The position numbers were made by a program, and so were the translations under genes. DNA of 64,000 nt, taken from contig JAXGPF010000007.1 of the NCBI GenBank assembly GCA_040767085.1, positions 192,001 to 256,000 of the forward strand, given 5' to 3'. The notes beneath the pieces were generated by a model. It saw only the letters and a program-made list of their open reading frames with translations, was not told where the DNA came from and did no database searches. This stretch comes from Kiritimatiellia bacterium. Its GTDB lineage: Bacteria > Verrucomicrobiota > Kiritimatiellia > JAAZAB01. Each line of letters begins with the position of its first letter. Positions within the stretch are counted from its first letter, which is position 1. Below are positions 58,324 to 64,000 of this stretch, in pieces.

Positions 58324-59820
58324 TTACTCCTGTATTTTGAGTTCATCCTTTGGCAGATAAGCTGGCGGCAGCCCGGTGGCGGCATAATCCGCGATGAATT
58401 TGCGCAACAGTGGCGCCATGCCGGTTGACCGCGGCGGCGGCGATGTTGGATCGGGATGGTCGCCTATGGTTTCCTTTTGGCGGCGGTGGCCGTCGGCGTT
58501 TTTGTGTTTGTCTTGCGGAAATAGCCGCGTCAAGATTTGATCGCTACGCGCGTCGGCCAGATGAACATAAGACAAGTCCCATGCGGCGTATCGCACGCCG
58601 ATGCGTTTGATATGGCGGTAGCGGGAAGGCACCTCGAAGCGTACGCCGTCAATGCTAATGGTGCCATCACTAAAGCGTTGCGTTCGCGAACATCCGGCGG
58701 TGAATGCCTGGCGCAAGACTTCCGCGGATGGGCAAGTTCTGCCCACGTCTTTGACATTGACAAAACGATCAACCGGCGATCGGGCGGTCGCGGAATGCAC
58801 CTTGCGGTTATATTCCATTTCGACCCAGGCCTGTGTCGCCTGGTTGAGCTGTGCCAGCGTCAAATCAGGGCAGCCGCCGAGCATGGGCAGCAACCGCCCT
58901 TCTATTTGCCCCCAGAAGGATTCCTGTTTGCCGTTCTGGTAGGCGCTATAGGGCAGCGTCTTCTCGTGTAAAACACCTAAACGCGCGAGTCCTTGCGTGG
59001 TTTCGTCGGCCGTCATGGCGCCGCCGTTGTCCGTCATCAGCGCCCTTGGCAGACCGCATTTTTGCATGGCTTGGCTTAACCCATGCGTCAGGTTCTCGGC
59101 GGTTTCCGCCAGGTACCACTGCAAGTGGCAGCACATGCGGGAATGATCGTCCAACACTCCAAGTAATTGCGGCCGCAACCACTCGCCGGGCTTGGTCAAG
59201 ACCGGGATTGATCCCTGATGAAAGTCCAAATGCCATAGCGCATTGACGTACTCGCTTTCGTAGGAGCGCACCTCTAAAGCCGCAAACCGCGCTTCGGCGG
59301 CCCGGGCGCCGGCGGTATCCCGGCGCCCGCCCAAACGGCGGCGCTTGAACATCCCCGCGGCACGCATATAACGGCGCACCGACACATAAGACGGTAACGC
59401 TCCCAGTCGCGAATCCTCCGCCACGCGCACCGCCAGGTTGTCGTAATGCAGTTGGCAACTCCACTCCGGGTGTTGTTGGTGCTGGACGCTTATTGCATTG
59501 CGCAACTCAAAGCTCAAACTGCGATGGGCGCCATGATCGTTGCGCACCTTGCGCGTCAACACGCCGACCGGGTCTTTGGCCCCATGTAAAGCCCGGTAAT
59601 ACCACCGCTCAATCGTGGAAGACCCAAACCGCACCCATTGCCCCGTCACCGGATGCCGCCATTGCTTGCCGGCCAGAAGCGCAATCTCCGCCTGCAAATC
59701 GCCCCGCCCCGGCGGCGCCGCCAATAATGGGCCAATTACGCTGAAACGAAAATGCGCCCACCGCGCGCATCCCCCGGAACCACCGCCACCCGCGCTATAA
59801 TCCGCATCCTGTTTTGGCAT
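58324..59820 (-). CDS. DDE transposase (rve core, Mu-like C-terminus)
   Basis: WAHFRFSVIGPLL, LWHLDF, LDDHSR, TDNGG, QNGKQESFW, YNRKVHS; start placed at MPKQ. Confidence 0.92.
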   Translation of the reverse strand: MPKQDADYSAGGGGSGGCARWAHFRFSVIGPLLAAPPGRGDLQAEIALLAGKQWRHPVTGQWVRFGSSTIERWYYRALHGAKDPVGVLTRKVRNDHGAHRSLSFELRNAISVQHQQHPEWSCQLHYDNLAVRVAEDSRLGALPSYVSVRRYMRAAGMFKRRRLGGRRDTAGARAAEARFAALEVRSYESEYVNALWHLDFHQGSIPVLTKPGEWLRPQLLGVLDDHSRMCCHLQWYLAETAENLTHGLSQAMQKCGLPRALMTDNGGAMTADETTQGLARLGVLHEKTLPYSAYQNGKQESFWGQIEGRLLPMLGGCPDLTLAQLNQATQAWVEMEYNRKVHSATARSPVDRFVNVKDVGRTCPSAEVLRQAFTAGCSRTQRFSDGTISIDGVRFEVPSRYRHIKRIGVRYAAWDLSYVHLADARSDQILTRLFPQDKHKNADGHRRQKETIGDHPDPTSPPPRSTGMAPLLRKFIADYAATGLPPAYLPKDELKIQE

Positions 59821-59956
59821 TGCGCACCCCTCCCGTCTGGCCCGCCGCCAAGCGAAATCCATTCCGCTCCGCCGACCATTCCGTTGCAATGCCGCCCAAG
59901 GTATAACGCCCTCGCGCAAAGCTCCAGCGGCATGCTCTGCGGGAGAAAAACAACCA

Positions 59957-60511
59957 TCACATAACCACCGCCATTTCACACGAACCAGTGGTAATCGGCG
60001 CAATAAAAAGTAACAGCTTGAACATCCCGCGGCGCCGCTCCGCGCCAAACGCCTCCAATAAACTCAACGGCATCCGGGTAGCCTCAACCTGTGGCATAAA
60101 ACTCGCCCGAGCGCCCTTCCAAAACCCGCTCGTCACAAACACCGCGCGCCACCATGCAAGCCAACGCTTTAATGTTCGCCGGTCAATGCCCAGTTTTTCA
60201 ACCAATACCTGCGCGCGCCCAGCATTCAGACCATGCATCAGCGCGCTCACCAGCGCCACCACCACGCCCGCATAAACCCGGCGCCCAAGAAAACGCACGC
60301 TGGGCGGCGTCTTGCGCCGCCGACACCGCGCACAGTTAAAACTGTGGCGTTTATCCCACCCGACAACACCGCGCGGCTTGCGCGCATAATCGCCGCAATG
60401 CAGCTTGCCGCCGCAATACCGGCACATCTCCGCCTTGGCGGCCTGCGCAATCTTCCCATCAAATCGCTCTAAATACTTGATAAAATGACCGCTGTTGAGT
60501 ACCTTATGCAT
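59957..60511 (-). CDS. transposon-associated Zn-ribbon plus HTH protein (DUF6431-like)
   Basis: CRYCGG...YARKPRG...CARCRRR.TPPSVRFLGRRVY; LGIDRRTLKRW HTH; start placed at MHKV. Confidence 0.75.
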   Translation of the reverse strand: MHKVLNSGHFIKYLERFDGKIAQAAKAEMCRYCGGKLHCGDYARKPRGVVGWDKRHSFNCARCRRRKTPPSVRFLGRRVYAGVVVALVSALMHGLNAGRAQVLVEKLGIDRRTLKRWLAWWRAVFVTSGFWKGARASFMPQVEATRMPLSLLEAFGAERRRGMFKLLLFIAPITTGSCEMAVVM

Positions 60512-60883
60512 ATGCGTGCTCCCATAAATATCGCGGAATATATCGCAAATATCAGAAAACAATACCCGCAAATCCGGCCACTCGAGGAAGAAGACGACAT
60601 CGAATGGTGGAATCAGGGACTCGATCTGATTGACGCCGGCAAGCTTAACGACGCCGAGGAAATTTTCAACAAACTTATGCTCGCGCAACCCGATGTGCCC
60701 GACGGATTTAACGGGCTGGGAATGGTCTACGAAAAAAAAGGTCACCCGGCGCTCGCCGCGGCATTCTTCCGGGAAGCCCTGGTCAAGGCGCAAAAACAGG
60801 TGCAAGACGGATTCATGGATATAGAACTGCTCCAACCAATCCAAGCCGACCTCGACCGAGTCTTAAAAGCGTCGCTGCCATAA
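60512..60883 (+). CDS. small TPR protein carried by the transposon
   Basis: GKLNDAEEIFNKLMLAQPDVPDGFNGLGMVYEKKGHPALAAAFFREAL is TPR-like; start could be 60485, 60506 or 60512. Confidence 0.75.
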   Translation: MRAPINIAEYIANIRKQYPQIRPLEEEDDIEWWNQGLDLIDAGKLNDAEEIFNKLMLAQPDVPDGFNGLGMVYEKKGHPALAAAFFREALVKAQKQVQDGFMDIELLQPIQADLDRVLKASLP

Positions 60884-61069
60884 AAACGAAATCGCCCACG
60901 GCACGCTGCAAGGAGGCAGCGCCCCCGCTGCTGACGCAGCAGGCTACCGCATGCTCAAAAATCAAGGGGAGCAAAAAGAAGCACTTTATCTGATGGACGC
61001 TTGCCCACGTCCATCACTTAGCGTGACTCAAACAACCCGGAAAAACATCAATTACTCCGATCCTGCTCA

Positions 61070-61180
61070 GACCCGCCGCGCCGGCGCATGGGCGGCGAGA
61101 AAGCGCTTGATCAGGGTGGTCTTGCCGGCTCCTAAAAAACCCGACACCAGGAAAAACGGGATGGAAATCTCAGGTTGCAT
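61070..61180 (-). pseudogene. CobW/COG0523 GTPase, 5' part (37 codons)
   Basis: MQPEISIPFFLVSGFLGAGKTTLIKRFLAAHAPARRV joins in frame to LVVQNEF at 57327. Confidence 0.9.
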
Positions 61181-61213
61181 AAAAAAAACCGGGCCGCACT
61201 GGGCGGCCCGGTT
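61181..61213 (-). terminator. rRNA operon intrinsic terminator
   Basis: AACCGGGCCGC-CCAGT-GCGGCCCGGTT with 8-U tract downstream of 5S. Confidence 0.9.
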
Positions 61214-61221
61214 GGAAAAAA

Positions 61222-61337
61222 TCCCGGCGACGTGCTACTCTCCCATGGCCTACACCACAGTACCATCGCCGCTGGGGCCCTTCACGTTCGTGTTCGGAAT
61301 GGGAACGCGTGTTTCCTCCCCGCCATGGTCGCCGGAA
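61222..61337 (-). rRNA. rrf: 5S rRNA
   Basis: Reverse complement contains CCCATTCCGAAC, GCGATGGTACT, GGGAGAGTAG with paired termini; ends approximate. Confidence 0.95.
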
Positions 61338-61446
61338 AAACTATTTTCGCGCATCCCGCCGCCTGAAAGCGATCGGGATACCATATATAAAATCAGACAA
61401 TTGCATAAGGCAACAGGTCCAGCCTGTGTTCAGGAGACGATCCCGG

Positions 61447-64000
<2,554 letters not shown>

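Larger units (their letters stand above)
57331..61069 (-). mobile_element. 3,739-bp Mu/IS21-like transposon (DDE + ExeA ATPase + Zn-ribbon protein + TPR passenger), 3-bp TSD
   Basis: Ends TGAGAGCGATC..AATGATG / reverse complement TGAGCAGGATC..ATTGATG; GAC duplicated at 57328-57330 and 61070-61072; removal restores the cobW-like frame. Confidence 0.92.

Noticed and set aside
60512-60844. N-terminal 111-aa extension of the Zn-ribbon ORF given in the ORF track
   Set aside because: It is the antisense of the TPR-like ORF and has no protein-like motifs

Overview
High-GC bacterial chromosome segment, probably PVC superphylum (Kiritimatiellia/Lentisphaeria-like; inferred from gene content, not from a database search). 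The left ~37 kb is accessory. It holds carbohydrate/amide-catabolism genes (C-N hydrolase, two Gfo/Idh/MocA oxidoreductases, FAD oxidoreductase, ceramidase-like, DUF4838-like, FGE-fold, esterase, beta-helix and CBM proteins), two AraC regulators, an acylating aldehyde dehydrogenase with a STAS gene, and a CoA-disulfide reductase-rhodanese-TusA-DsrE fusion. It also has gene remnants, an IS1202-like element (17-bp TSD), an ISL3 (8-bp TSD), an IS4 stub, and an indel-riddled IS30 that splits a beta-helix gene with an 88-bp duplication (possibly an assembly artefact). The right part is core: lptF-like, ahcY, metK, ptsI/ptsH/hprK/hpf, lptBAC, kdsAB, hldA, proC, yggS, rluA-like, uxaE, nth, infA, then 5S and partial 23S rRNA. 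The most notable features are three. (1) A complete 3,739-bp TGAG...CTCA transposon with a 3-bp TSD, encoding a DDE transposase, an ExeA-like ATPase, a Zn-ribbon/HTH protein and a TPR protein, inserted in a cobW-like gene. (2) Recurring intergenic 7-10-bp periodic repeats, mostly arranged as inverted arms. (3) A shared C-terminal G-T-hydrophobic-K/R motif on two unrelated secreted proteins. All family assignments come from motif recognition by eye.
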